Shown: in pieces, positions 1 to 9,433 of the stretch
Position numbering within the stretch: position 1 is the first letter of the stretch
Layout of the letters: each line of letters starts with the position of its first letter
DNA from: Spirochaetia bacterium
Lineage (GTDB): Bacteria > Spirochaetota > Spirochaetia > SZUA-6 > Bin103
Direction: 5' to 3'
Assembly (NCBI GenBank): GCA_965198005.1
Contig: CBDAOI010000004.1
Span: 288,001 to 352,000, forward strand
DNA length: 64,000 bases
Program-made: the position numbers and the translations under genes
Notes under the pieces: model-generated
What the model was told of the DNA's origin: nothing
Databases searched by the model: none
Seen by the model: only the letters and a program-made list of their open reading frames with translations

Positions 1-231
1 CGCTTCCCCGCCACCAGCACGTTCTTCGCCATCTACTTCACGCTGACCGGCGTGCACGGCCTGCACATCCTGTTCGGGGTGGTAGTCAATCTCTACCATT
101 TCTTCTCGGCCCCGGGCCTCTACCGCGAGAACCCGGAGAAGATGGCCAACCGCATCGAGATCGCCGGGCTCTACTGGCACTTCGTGGACCTGGTGTGGAT
201 TTTCCTGTTTCCCGTGTTGTATCTCTTGTGA
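1..231 (+). CDS. ctaE: cytochrome c oxidase subunit III, C-terminal part (runs off window start)
   Basis: Frame 1 reads ...YFTLTGVHGLHI...GLYWHFVDLVWIFLFPVLYLL*, the canonical COX3 motifs. Confidence 0.93.
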   Translation, partial: RFPATSTFFAIYFTLTGVHGLHILFGVVVNLYHFFSAPGLYRENPEKMANRIEIAGLYWHFVDLVWIFLFPVLYLL

Positions 232-252
232 TGGATTGTCGGGAGTGAGAGC

Positions 253-603
253 ATGAGCGCCGAACATACCGCCGAACACGTCCAGCAGCAGGTCCGCACC
301 TACTTCATCGTGTTCATTTCCCTGCTGGTGCTGACCGTGGTGACCGTGGCCGTGAGCCGTTTGCATCTGCCGGTGGCGGCCGGCGTGGTCGTGGCCCTGG
401 CCGTGGCCGGCCTCAAGGGGACGCTGGTGGCGGGCATCTTCATGCACCTGTTCTCCGACAAGTTTCCGTTCGTGTTCCAGGTGCTGACCTTCGCCGCGGT
501 GTTCTTTGCGGTGATGATCGCTCTGTTCCTGTTCGGATATTTCGATACGTTCGCCAGTGAGCGGGTGGAAGTAATGCCGCCGGCGCTCGACGACCACCAC
601 TGA
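253..603 (+). CDS. ctaF: cytochrome c oxidase subunit IV family protein
   Basis: Three TM helices, KGTLVAGIFMHL motif, follows subunit III. Confidence 0.85.
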   Translation: MSAEHTAEHVQQQVRTYFIVFISLLVLTVVTVAVSRLHLPVAAGVVVALAVAGLKGTLVAGIFMHLFSDKFPFVFQVLTFAAVFFAVMIALFLFGYFDTFASERVEVMPPALDDHH

Positions 604-803
604 TGTCACTCAAGGTTGCCCACGTCGTGTTCATTGCCTGCGCCTGCGTCGGGCTGGCGGTGCTGTCGGTCTGGTGCTTCGTCTACTACGCCCACCGCAA
701 TCCGGTGCTGGCGGTCGGCGGCGGGGTGGCCGCGGCGCTGGGCCTGTTGGGCGTGCTGCTGTGGGAGCGGCGCGTGTTGGCGACGCTGAAGGACGTGCGG
801 TGA
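603..803 (+). CDS. small two-TM membrane protein in cox operon
   Basis: TGATG coupling at both ends; MSLKxxHVVFI start; hydrophobic. Confidence 0.7.
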   Translation: MSLKVAHVVFIACACVGLAVLSVWCFVYYAHRNPVLAVGGGVAAALGLLGVLLWERRVLATLKDVR

Positions 804-1069
804 TGCGCGGCAGGTTGTCCGCGGTCGCGGCATCGCCGGCGTTGTCCGTGGCGCTCGCCCTGGCGTGGCTGACCCTGGCGCCGCACCCGGCGGCCGCCTG
901 CGCGGTGTGTTTCGGCGCCGCGGAAGGAGCGGAGGCGGCCGGGTTGCGCGCCGGAATCCTGCTGCTGCTGGGCATGGTGGCGCTGGTGTTCGCCGGCGTG
1001 GGCGGGTTTCTGGTCGCGGCGCGGCGGCGGCTGCAGCGGTTGCAGGCGTCCACGGAGGTCTCCGGATGA
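803..1069 (+). CDS. small membrane protein with signal peptide and CxxC (AACAVCFG) motif
   Basis: ATG overlaps the previous stop; its stop overlaps the ctaC ATG; signal peptide + CAVC + TM helix. Confidence 0.7.
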   Translation: MRGRLSAVAASPALSVALALAWLTLAPHPAAACAVCFGAAEGAEAAGLRAGILLLLGMVALVFAGVGGFLVAARRRLQRLQASTEVSG

Positions 1070-1848
1070 TCGAGTTCGCGCGCTCCCTCGGGCTGCCGGC
1101 GGCGGCTTCCGCGCACGCCGGTCAGGTAGATGGCCTGATCGGGTGGGTGCACCTGCTGATGCTGGTGCTGTTCGTGGGCTGGGGCGCGTTCTTCTTCTAC
1201 GTGCTGGTGCGGTTCCGGAAACGCCGCCAGCCGCGGGCCAACTATCACGGCACCCACAGCCACCTGTCGCGCTACCTCGAGGGAGTGATCGCCGTGATCG
1301 AGATCGCGCTGCTGTTCGGGCTGTCGGTGCCGGTGTGGGCGCGGCAGATAGCCAATCCGGTGGCGGCCGAGGAAGCGCATACGATCCGGGTGGTGGGCCA
1401 GCAGTTCGCCTGGAACATCCACTATCCGGGGGCGGACGGCATGTTCGGGGCCACCTCGACCGAGCTGGTCGATGCCGAGGTCAACCCTCTGGGGGTGGAC
1501 CGCGACGACCTGTTCGCGAAGGACGACATCGTCACGGTGAACCAGCTCCACATCCCGGTGAACACCCCGATCCGGATCGAGCTGAGCAGCTTCGACGTGG
1601 TGCACAGCTTCTCTCTCCCGGAGATGCGGGTGAAGCAGGACGCCATCCCCGGCATGGTGATCCCGTTGAGCTTCACCGCCACCGCTACCGGTGAATGGGA
1701 GATCGCGTGCGCCCAGCTCTGCGGCCTGGGGCACTACCGCATGCGCGGCTTCTTCACCGTGCACGACCAGAGCAGCTACGACGCCTGGATGGCCGAACGC
1801 GTCGCCGCGCTGGAGGCCGCCGCCCAGCCCAAGGGATTCTTCGACTAG
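1066..1848 (+). CDS. ctaC: cytochrome c oxidase subunit II
   Basis: Two TM helices, GQQFAW, DVVHSF, CuA motif CAQLCGLGHYRM; start MIEFARS at ATGA overlap. Confidence 0.93.
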   Translation: MIEFARSLGLPAAASAHAGQVDGLIGWVHLLMLVLFVGWGAFFFYVLVRFRKRRQPRANYHGTHSHLSRYLEGVIAVIEIALLFGLSVPVWARQIANPVAAEEAHTIRVVGQQFAWNIHYPGADGMFGATSTELVDAEVNPLGVDRDDLFAKDDIVTVNQLHIPVNTPIRIELSSFDVVHSFSLPEMRVKQDAIPGMVIPLSFTATATGEWEIACAQLCGLGHYRMRGFFTVHDQSSYDAWMAERVAALEAAAQPKGFFD

Positions 1849-1906
1849 CCAAGCGCGGCCCGGAGCGCGGCCGGTCGAAGTCGGCATCGTCAGGCGATCT
1901 GAAAGT

Positions 1907-2443
1907 CTACACCTGCACCAGACTGTGGCAGGGGCGCTCGCCCATACGTTCGCGCCCGTTGAAGTCGGCCAGCTCGATCACGAACAGGGCGGCCGCCACC
2001 GTGGCGCCGAGCTGTTCCACCAGCTCGCAGGCGGCGGCCGCGGTCCCGCCACTGGCCAGCAGGTCGTCGACCACCACCACCTGCTCGCCGGCGCGGCAGG
2101 CGTCGGCGTGGATCTCCAGGGCGGTGGCGCCGTACTCCAGCTCGTAGTCGAGGTGCAGGGTGGTGTGCGGCAGCTTGCCCGGCTTCCGAATCGGCACCAG
2201 CGGCAGCTGCAGCCGGGCGGCCAGTGGCGCACCGAACAGAAACCCGCGGCTCTCGATGCACGCGATTCGGTCTGCCGGCGTAGCGGCGCACCGGTCCGCC
2301 AGCCAGCCGACCACCTGCGGGAACACTGTGCTCGCCGCCAGCAGCGGAGTGATGTCGCGGAACAGGATGCCTGGAGTCGGAAAATCCGGCACCGTTCGCA
2401 GCACCGCACGAACCTGCGCGCGCAGGGACAGATCATCCACCAC
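1907..2443 (-). CDS. apt: adenine phosphoribosyltransferase
   Basis: VPDFPTPGILFRDITPLL, IESRGFLFG, RKPGKLP, PRPP loop VDDLLASGGT. Confidence 0.96.
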   Translation of the reverse strand: MVDDLSLRAQVRAVLRTVPDFPTPGILFRDITPLLAASTVFPQVVGWLADRCAATPADRIACIESRGFLFGAPLAARLQLPLVPIRKPGKLPHTTLHLDYELEYGATALEIHADACRAGEQVVVVDDLLASGGTAAAACELVEQLGATVAAALFVIELADFNGRERMGERPCHSLVQV

Positions 2444-2632
2444 CTATCCTCCCCGTGGACCGTCGGGATTTGGCGTACGACCGGTACGACCGGTATGACC
2501 CGGGACAGTCGCGCTTGAGAACCGGCGGCTCCTCCGCTATTTTAGACCAAGGCGCGAGTGGCTGCCCGTCAGGGTCTGTTCGGGCCCGTGCAGGCCCATC
2601 CGGGGGCAGCAATCCACTTTGCAGGGGGAAAC

Positions 2633-2836
2633 GTGGCTAGACGTTCGAAACACAGTGCGCAGAAGAGACGCCGAGAGCTTGCGAGAGCCGAACGACGGGA
2701 GCGGAAACGCGAACGACGGGCCAACCCGGTCGAGCACGACGCAGAGACCCTGATCGCCGAGTACCGCGGGCTCAACCTTCCCGGCGACGTGCCGGACGAG
2801 GAAGAGGAGGACGAGGAGGAGCAGGAGGCGCAGTAA
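2633..2836 (+). CDS. small hypothetical protein (basic N-terminus, acidic C-terminus)
   Basis: GTG start after GGGGGA; MARRSKHSAQKRRRE...EEEEDEEEQEAQ. Confidence 0.6.
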   Translation: MARRSKHSAQKRRRELARAERRERKRERRANPVEHDAETLIAEYRGLNLPGDVPDEEEEDEEEQEAQ

Positions 2837-2926
2837 CGGGCGCCGGTGGCGTGTGCCGTTGGCGCGGATAGGGGCCGGATGCGAGAGAGTTGAAGCGGCA
2901 GGCATCCGGCGACCGTTGACGGAGGC

Positions 2927-4471
2927 GTGGAAGCCGACTACTGCCGAGAGGTAGCGCCCGATCCGCTCAACGCGCTGGCTGCGCGCCACCTGGGCATCTC
3001 CTACCTGTTCCCCTACCAGCGGCTGGTGGTGGCCAACCTGCTGGAGGGACGCAACCAGATCGTGGTGCTGCCGACCGGCTCCGGCAAGTCGGTGTGCTTC
3101 ATGTTTCCGGCGGTGGTGCTGGAGGGAGTCACGCTGGTGGTGCTGCCCCTGCTGGCCCTGCTGGAGGACCTCAACCGGCGGATCACCGCCGCCGGGCTGC
3201 CGGTGGTCGTGCTGCGCGGCGGCCAGAGCCGCGAGGAGCGGGCGCAGGCGCTGGCCGCGGTGGGCGACCGCCGCGCGCGGCTGGTGCTGACCACGCCCGA
3301 AGCCGCTCTGACCGAGCGGCTGCTCGGCGCCCTCGCCGCGGCCGCCACGATCGAGCACCTGGTGGTGGACGAAGCGCACTGCATCAGCGAGTGGGGGGAC
3401 ACCTTCCGGCCCACCTACCTGCGTCTGAACGAGCTGGTCGTGGCCCTGCAGCCGCGGCTGGTCACCGCCTTCACCGCCACCGCCACGCCGCCGGTGCTGC
3501 GCCGCATCCGCGAGGTCCTGTTTCCCGCCGGCGGCGCCCATCTGGTGGCCGGCAATCCGGACCGGCCCAACATCCGCTACGAGGTAGTGCCCACGGCCGC
3601 GCCGTTGCGCCGGCTCAGCGAGCTGGTGGCAACCCGCGCGCGGCCGCTGATCGTGTTCGCCCGCAGCCGGCGGGGAACGGAGGCGGTATGCTGGCAGATC
3701 CGAAAACACCACCCCGAAATCGACTGCCGCTTCTACCACGCCGGTCTCAACGCCGCCGAGCGCCAGCGGCTGGAGCGCTGGTTCCTGACCAGCACCGGCG
3801 GGGCGCTGATCGCCACCTCGGCCTACGGCATGGGGGTCGACAAGCCCGATATCCGGACCGTGGTCCACCTGGAGCCGCCCGAGTCGGTGGAAGCGTACCT
3901 GCAGGAAACGGGGCGCGCGGGCCGCGACGGCGCCCCGGCGCAGGCGCTGTTGCTGGCCTATCAGCCGGTCGCGGCGCGTGCCCACCGGGCCGGGGCCCGG
4001 TCCACGACCGCGGGGCAGCGGCCGGCGCCGGTGCGTGCGGCCGCGCTGCGGGGCTACCTGGCCGACGCCGCCACCTGCCGCCGCGTGCAGCTCCTGCGTT
4101 TCTTTCGGCGGGAACGGGTGGAGTGCACCGGTTGCGACGTCTGCGACCACCGGGTGGCGCTGCTGCCGGCGGTGGAGCGCCGCCTGCTGCAGGTGCTGCG
4201 GCGCGGGACGCGCCGGTTTACGGTACGCGAGTGGCGCCACCTCCTGCGCGGCGGGAACTCATACCTGATCGAGCGCCACCGGTTGCGGCGGGCGGCGGGA
4301 TTCGGGTTGCTGGCGGGCTGGCACCCCGCGGAGGTGCGGGAGGCGTGCCACGCCCTGGTGGCGGCCGGTCTTGCCCGGGTCCCGGCGCGCGGCCCGTGGC
4401 GCGGCCGGCTGGTCGTCAGCCGGGCCGCAGTCGCCGCGCTGCCGCGCGGTGGTCCATCGGCGATCAGCTGA
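2927..4471 (+). CDS. recQ: RecQ-family ATP-dependent DNA helicase
   Basis: LPTGSGKS, VDEAHCISEWGDTFRP, TATA, GMGVDKPD, QETGRAGRDG, Zn site CRR...CTGCDVC. Confidence 0.93.
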   Translation: MEADYCREVAPDPLNALAARHLGISYLFPYQRLVVANLLEGRNQIVVLPTGSGKSVCFMFPAVVLEGVTLVVLPLLALLEDLNRRITAAGLPVVVLRGGQSREERAQALAAVGDRRARLVLTTPEAALTERLLGALAAAATIEHLVVDEAHCISEWGDTFRPTYLRLNELVVALQPRLVTAFTATATPPVLRRIREVLFPAGGAHLVAGNPDRPNIRYEVVPTAAPLRRLSELVATRARPLIVFARSRRGTEAVCWQIRKHHPEIDCRFYHAGLNAAERQRLERWFLTSTGGALIATSAYGMGVDKPDIRTVVHLEPPESVEAYLQETGRAGRDGAPAQALLLAYQPVAARAHRAGARSTTAGQRPAPVRAAALRGYLADAATCRRVQLLRFFRRERVECTGCDVCDHRVALLPAVERRLLQVLRRGTRRFTVREWRHLLRGGNSYLIERHRLRRAAGFGLLAGWHPAEVREACHALVAAGLARVPARGPWRGRLVVSRAAVAALPRGGPSAIS

Positions 4472-4545
4472 TCCGTTCTGCGGTGGGGGAGAGGCAGTGG
4501 CAGGGCCAAGGCGAGCATCACGTTCGCGTCGACCACGACGGTCAT
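4472..4545 (-). pseudogene. truncated VapC/PIN toxin (N-terminus only)
   Basis: MTVVVDANVMLAL start coupled by ATGA to the upstream ORF, then runs into the recQ 3' end. Confidence 0.55.
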
Positions 4546-4709
4546 GGCCACGAGCGCTCCGCCTCTCGTTCTTCTCGTGCCTCGCCAACCAGGTCGACCG
4601 TGACCGGGCCACTGTTGCTGCGGATACTCGCCCTGAGGGCGCGCAGTTGGACCAGAGCCGGCTCCCGGGCGGCCCAGGCGGCGCTCTGGTGCGCGACCAA
4701 CAGTGGCAT
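4542..4709 (-). CDS. putative antitoxin (possibly N-terminally truncated)
   Basis: 55-aa ORF ending ...VDLVGEAREEREAERSWP*, coupled to the PIN remnant. Confidence 0.45.
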   Translation of the reverse strand: MPLLVAHQSAAWAAREPALVQLRALRASIRSNSGPVTVDLVGEAREEREAERSWP

Positions 4710-4777
4710 GAGTATGAGTGATTTCCGGTTGACCTGAAAAGAGTCATGAGTATATTCTGGTACACCTGAAAATACTC

Positions 4778-5938
4778 ATGCCATCGCCCACGCTACCAAA
4801 GACGCCCAGGTACCTCGCCGAGAGCGTGACCGCGGACCTTGCAGAGCGCATGGTGTTCGTCGGTGGTCCGCGCCAAGTGGGCAAGACGACGTTCGCTCTG
4901 TCGCTGTTGGAGGACGGGAGCGACGAGTCGTCGCCGGCCTACCTGAACTGGGACTATCTCGCCGACCGCGAGGCGATCCTCGCCGCGCGATTGCCGCCGC
5001 GGCAGCGGCTCCTCATCTTCGACGAGATCCACAAGTACGCGGCGTGGCGCGGCCTGATCAAAGGACTCCATGACAAGCACCGGTCATCGGTCTCGTTTCT
5101 GGTTACCGGGTCCGCCCGTCTCGACTACTACCGGAAGGGCGGCGACTCCCTGCAGGGACGGTACCACTACTACCGCCTGCATCCGTTCACCCTGATGGAA
5201 AGCGGTCAGCCCCGGGCGGCTGACGCGGTCGCGCATCTCCTCCGGTTCGGCGGCTTCCCGGAGCCGTTTCTGCGCGGCGAGGAGCGGTTCCACCGCCGCT
5301 GGTTGCGCGCACACGCGGCGCGGGTGGTGCATGAGGACCTGCGCGATCTGGAGCAGGTGCGCGAGGTGTCACGCTTGGATCTGCTGCTCGCCCACCTGCC
5401 CGCCGGCGTGGGATCGCCGCTCTCGGTCAACCGTCTGCGCACCCTTCTCCAGGCGTCGCACGAAAGCGTCGAGCGCTGGATCGCCGCGTTCGAACGGCTG
5501 TACCTCTGCTACCGGCTGGCGCCGTTCGGGACACCGCGCATCAGAGCGGTGCGCAAGGAACAGAAGCTCTACTTCTGGGACTGGTCGCGCGTAGCTGACC
5601 CCGGGGCTCGCTTCGAGAACCTGGTGGCTGCACATCTGCTGAAGTACTGCCATCTGGTCGAAGACACCGAAGGCTACGCCATGGAACTGCGGTTTCTGCG
5701 CGATACCGACGGACGCGAGATCGATTTCGTCGTGCTCCGCGACGGCCGCCCCGAGTTCGCGGTCGAATGCAAGAGCGGCGGGCGCAGGGCCTCACCCGCC
5801 TGCCGCTACGTGCGTGCGCGCAGCGCCATTCCCCGCTTCTATCAGGTGCACCTGGGCACGGCCGACTTCGGCGATGAGACTTCCGACACGCGCGTGCTGC
5901 CGTTCGCGACCTTCTGCACCGAGTTGGCGCTGCCGTAG
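4778..5938 (+). CDS. AAA_14 ATPase with DUF4143 / PD-(D/E)xK C-terminal domain
   Basis: GPRQVGKTT, FDEIHK, VTGSARL, FENLV, EIDFV...VECK. Confidence 0.88.
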   Translation: MPSPTLPKTPRYLAESVTADLAERMVFVGGPRQVGKTTFALSLLEDGSDESSPAYLNWDYLADREAILAARLPPRQRLLIFDEIHKYAAWRGLIKGLHDKHRSSVSFLVTGSARLDYYRKGGDSLQGRYHYYRLHPFTLMESGQPRAADAVAHLLRFGGFPEPFLRGEERFHRRWLRAHAARVVHEDLRDLEQVREVSRLDLLLAHLPAGVGSPLSVNRLRTLLQASHESVERWIAAFERLYLCYRLAPFGTPRIRAVRKEQKLYFWDWSRVADPGARFENLVAAHLLKYCHLVEDTEGYAMELRFLRDTDGREIDFVVLRDGRPEFAVECKSGGRRASPACRYVRARSAIPRFYQVHLGTADFGDETSDTRVLPFATFCTELALP

Positions 5939-6019
5939 CCCCCTATGGGCCGGCCGAGTCGCCGGATGGTTGACCCGTTGCGCGGGTCCGTGGCGTACTA
6001 CGGTCGAGTGGAGGATGAA

Positions 6020-6862
6020 GTGAGCGGGCGACTTGAGGGCAAGGTTGCGATCATCACCGGCGGCACGAGCGGGATCGGCCGGCGCACGGTGGAGATCTTC
6101 GTGGAGCACGGCGCGCGGGTGCTGATTGCGGCGCGCCGCACGGAGGTGGGGCAGGAGCTGGCCGAGCGGCTCGGCGCGAACGCGTGTTTCGTGCGCACCG
6201 ACGTCACGCGCGAGCAGGAGGTGCAGGCGATGGTGGCCGCCGCCGTGCAGCGGTGGGGGCGGGTCGACTGTCTGTTCAACAACGCCAGCGCCGGCACCTC
6301 GGACGCGCCGGTGGAGGAGTTGTCGTACGCAAACTTCACGGCGGCGCTGGAGTTGCAGATCGGCTCGGTGTTCCTGGGCATCAAGCACGTGGTGCCGGTC
6401 ATGAAGCGGCAGGGCGGCGGCAACATCATCAACAACGCCTCGATCGCGGGGCTGAGCGTCGGCTACGGTTCGATGACCTACTCCACCGGCAAGGCGGGCG
6501 TGATCCACATGACCCGGTGCCTGGCGATCGCCCTGGGCGAGCACCGCATCCGCCTCAACTGCATCTCACCGGGCGGGATCATGACCCCCATCTTCCTCGG
6601 CGGCCGGCAGCACGAGATGGCCGAGGCGGAGGTGACGCGCGCGATGGAGCGGTTGACCGCGCTGTATGATGAGCGGATTCCGCTCAAGCGGGCGGGTACG
6701 CCCGACGATATCGCGCACGCTGCGGTGTACCTGGCTTCCGACGAGGCCCGCCACGTCACCGGCGAGAATCTGGTGGTGGACGCGGGCACCTGGCTCGGCC
6801 GCAACGCCCAGTATCAGGCGCAGTGGGCGGCGTGGCGGCAGGCGGCGCTGTTCGGCGAGTAG
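6020..6862 (+). CDS. short-chain dehydrogenase/reductase (SDR)
   Basis: TGGTSGIG, FNNA, catalytic YSTGK, ISPG; GTG start after GAGGA. Confidence 0.92.
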   Translation: MSGRLEGKVAIITGGTSGIGRRTVEIFVEHGARVLIAARRTEVGQELAERLGANACFVRTDVTREQEVQAMVAAAVQRWGRVDCLFNNASAGTSDAPVEELSYANFTAALELQIGSVFLGIKHVVPVMKRQGGGNIINNASIAGLSVGYGSMTYSTGKAGVIHMTRCLAIALGEHRIRLNCISPGGIMTPIFLGGRQHEMAEAEVTRAMERLTALYDERIPLKRAGTPDDIAHAAVYLASDEARHVTGENLVVDAGTWLGRNAQYQAQWAAWRQAALFGE

Positions 6863-6889
6863 CGGCGGGCGGGGCCGGACCGCGGCATC

Positions 6890-7010
6890 CAGCCGGAGAG
6901 CCACCCGCGTAGCCGACGTCGGCCAGCGCGCGCGCCACCGCGCCAAGTCGATGCAGCCATCGCCGGGCACGGTGAACACGCCGGCCAGCACCGCGTCCAG
7001 CGCGCGCCGC
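6890..7010 (-). pseudogene. fragment resembling myo-inosose-2 dehydratase IolE
   Basis: Reads LDAVLAGVFTVPGDGCID..ALADVGYAG across a frameshift. Confidence 0.5.
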
Positions 7011-7016
7011 GACGGT

Positions 7017-7076
7017 TTGACAGGGGGCGCCGCCGGTACTACAATCCGTACCCGACTTTGTTACCTACTTTGTTAC
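7017..7076 (+). promoter_or_regulatory. sigma70 promoter of the decarboxylase operon with downstream direct-repeat operator
   Basis: TTGACA(7017)-17 bp-TACAAT(7040); ACTTTGTTAC x2 at 7055 and 7067. Confidence 0.75.
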
Positions 7077-7122
7077 ACTACATCCAATTGCGTGACGGGG
7101 CGCGGGCCCCGCACGGGGTTGC

Positions 7123-8667
7123 GTGAAGGACTTGGTGGCCGGTCGCCGCGAGCAGCGGCGGCAGATGCTGGCCGGCGGCGGGCCCGATCGTATCGCGGCC
7201 CAGCACGAGAAGGGCAAGCAGACCGCGCGCGAGCGGCTGGACCTGCTGCTCGACGAGCGGTCCTTCATCGAACAGCAGCCCTACGTGACGTTGCGCGCCA
7301 CCGACTTCGGGCTGGAGCGGCGCCGGAGCCTGGGCGACGGCGTGGTCACCGGCAGCGGACTGATCGCCGGGCGGCAGGTGTTCGTGGCCGCGCAGGACTT
7401 CACGGTCAACGGCGGCTCACTCGGCGAAATGCACGCCCGGCGCATCGTCGCCGCGCAGGAGGACGCGCTGATGACGCGCGTGCCGTTCATTCAGATCAAC
7501 GACTCCGGCGGCGCGCGCATTCAGGAAGGGGTGCTCTCGCTCGACGGCTACGCCCGCATCTTCCGGGCCAACACCGCGGCCTCGGGGGTCATCCCCCAGA
7601 TTTCCGTGATCCTGGGACCGTGCGCCGGCGGTGCGGTCTACTCGCCGGCGATTACCGACTTCATCTTCATGGTCGACGGCGTGAGCAACATGTTCATCAC
7701 CGGCCCGCAGGTAATCGCCACCGTGACCGGCGAACAGATCAGCCAGGCGGACCTGGGCGGACCGGCCGCGCACTGCGACCGGAGCGGGGTGGCGCACTTC
7801 CGCCACGCGACCGAGCAGGAGTGCCTGCAAGCGGTGCGCGCGCTGCTGGCCTACCTGCCGGCCAACAACGAGGAAGACCCGCCGCGGGTGGCGACCGGCG
7901 ATGACGTCGACCGCGCCACGCCCGAGCTGCTGGAGGTGATCCCGGAGGACGCGCGGCGCGGCTACGACGTCAAGGGGGTGATCGAGGCGCTGGTCGATCG
8001 CGGCAGCTTCATGGAGGTGCACGCCGGCTTCGCGGCCAACGTGGTAGTGGGCTTCGCGCGGCTGGCGGGCCGGACCGTGGGGCTGTTCGCCAATCAGCCG
8101 CAGGTGTACGCGGCGTCGCTGGACATCAATTCGTCGGACAAGGCGGCCCGCTTTCTGCGCTTCTGCGATGCGTTCAACGTCCCGATCATCTCGCTGGTGG
8201 ACGTGCCGGGGTTCCTGCCGGGCGTGGCTCAGGAGCACGGCGGGATCATCCGCCACGGCGCCAAGATCCTGTATGCGATCGCCGAGGCGACGGTGCCCAA
8301 GGTGGCGGTGATCCTGCGCAAGGCCTACGGCGGTGCCTTCATCGCCATGGCCTCCAAGTCGCTGGGCTACGATCGGGTGCTCGCCCTTCCGGGCGCCGAG
8401 GTGGCGGTGATGGGGGCGGAGGGGGCCGCCAACGTCATCTTTGCGCGCGACATCAAGGGCGCCGACGACCCGGACCAAATGCGTGCGCAGAAGATCGGGG
8501 AGTTCCGCGAGACGGTGATGAATCCCTACATCGCCGCCGGTTACGGGTTCGTGGACGACGTGATCGATCCGGCCGCGGCGCGCGCCGAGCTGGTGCGGTC
8601 GGTTGAGATGTTCGCGCGCAAGCGCGGGTCGCGGCCGGCGCGCAAGCACGGCAACATTCCGCTGTAG
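7123..8667 (+). CDS. mmdA: acyl-CoA carboxyltransferase (methylmalonyl-CoA decarboxylase alpha subunit)
   Basis: DSGGARIQEG, GPCAGGAVYSPA, DVPGFLPG, RKAYGGA, KHGNIPL; next to Na+-pump subunits. Confidence 0.88.
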   Translation: MKDLVAGRREQRRQMLAGGGPDRIAAQHEKGKQTARERLDLLLDERSFIEQQPYVTLRATDFGLERRRSLGDGVVTGSGLIAGRQVFVAAQDFTVNGGSLGEMHARRIVAAQEDALMTRVPFIQINDSGGARIQEGVLSLDGYARIFRANTAASGVIPQISVILGPCAGGAVYSPAITDFIFMVDGVSNMFITGPQVIATVTGEQISQADLGGPAAHCDRSGVAHFRHATEQECLQAVRALLAYLPANNEEDPPRVATGDDVDRATPELLEVIPEDARRGYDVKGVIEALVDRGSFMEVHAGFAANVVVGFARLAGRTVGLFANQPQVYAASLDINSSDKAARFLRFCDAFNVPIISLVDVPGFLPGVAQEHGGIIRHGAKILYAIAEATVPKVAVILRKAYGGAFIAMASKSLGYDRVLALPGAEVAVMGAEGAANVIFARDIKGADDPDQMRAQKIGEFRETVMNPYIAAGYGFVDDVIDPAAARAELVRSVEMFARKRGSRPARKHGNIPL

Positions 8668-8684
8668 GGCTGGGTACGGCTGCC

Positions 8685-8945
8685 GTGGCTCAGAGCTCGC
8701 TGGCCTACGCCGGCGTGGTGACCATCCTCGGGATGGGCGTGGTGTTCTCGTTTCTCGCCCTGCTGAGCGCCGGGATGATGGGGCTGCGGCGGTTCAGCCG
8801 CGCCGCCGGGGCGGTGGATGGCGGCACGGCTGCGCGCCACGACGCACCCTGGGTCGCGGCGGCGGTGGCGGCCTATCTGGCCGGTACCGGCGAGCTGGGC
8901 GAAGTGAGCGCGGCGCCGTGGGACCCGGCGCGGAGACACTGGTGA
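8685..8945 (+). CDS. mmdD: OadG-family (delta) subunit
   Basis: Single TM GMGVVFSFLALL, VAAAVAAYL; operon position. Confidence 0.8.
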   Translation: MAQSSLAYAGVVTILGMGVVFSFLALLSAGMMGLRRFSRAAGAVDGGTAARHDAPWVAAAVAAYLAGTGELGEVSAAPWDPARRHW

Positions 8946-9430
8946 CGCAGACGGTTGCGTTTCGGTACGAGGGCCGGTCCTACACCGTGCAGGTGGAGCG
9001 CACCGGCAATGAGCTGGTGATCGAGCACGATGGGCAGTGCTACCAGGTGACGCTGACCGCCGCCGGCATGCGGGCGAATGCGCAGGTTGCCGCTTCGGCC
9101 GCGGCCCCGGTCACGCTGCCGCCCACGGCATCGGCAGGTGCGGCCGTTGCGCCTGCCCCTGCGCCGGCCGCCGCACCCGCCGCCAGTGCCGCCCTCGCCG
9201 CGTCCGCTCCCGCGCCGGGCGCGGTGGTGGCGCCGATGACCGGCACCATGCGCGAGGTGCGCACCGAGGTCGGCGCGCAGGTGACGGAGGGGCAGGTGCT
9301 GTTCATCATGGAAGCGATGAAGATGGATATCGAAGTGCCGGTCGCCGGCGCCGGGTCGGTGGCCGCGATCGCCGTGCAGGCCGGCGACAGCATAACCGAG
9401 GGCCAGGTGCTGGCGCGCATCGGCGGCTGA
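8942..9430 (+). CDS. mmdC: biotin carboxyl carrier (gamma) subunit
   Basis: Ala/Pro linker, EAMKM biotinylation motif; GTGA overlap start. Confidence 0.88.
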   Translation: MTQTVAFRYEGRSYTVQVERTGNELVIEHDGQCYQVTLTAAGMRANAQVAASAAAPVTLPPTASAGAAVAPAPAPAAAPAASAALAASAPAPGAVVAPMTGTMREVRTEVGAQVTEGQVLFIMEAMKMDIEVPVAGAGSVAAIAVQAGDSITEGQVLARIGG

Positions 9431-9433
9431 CCC

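Noticed and set aside
2474-2500. GTACGACCG x3 tandem repeat as a regulatory array
   Set aside because: Short and imperfect with no supporting context; likely slippage
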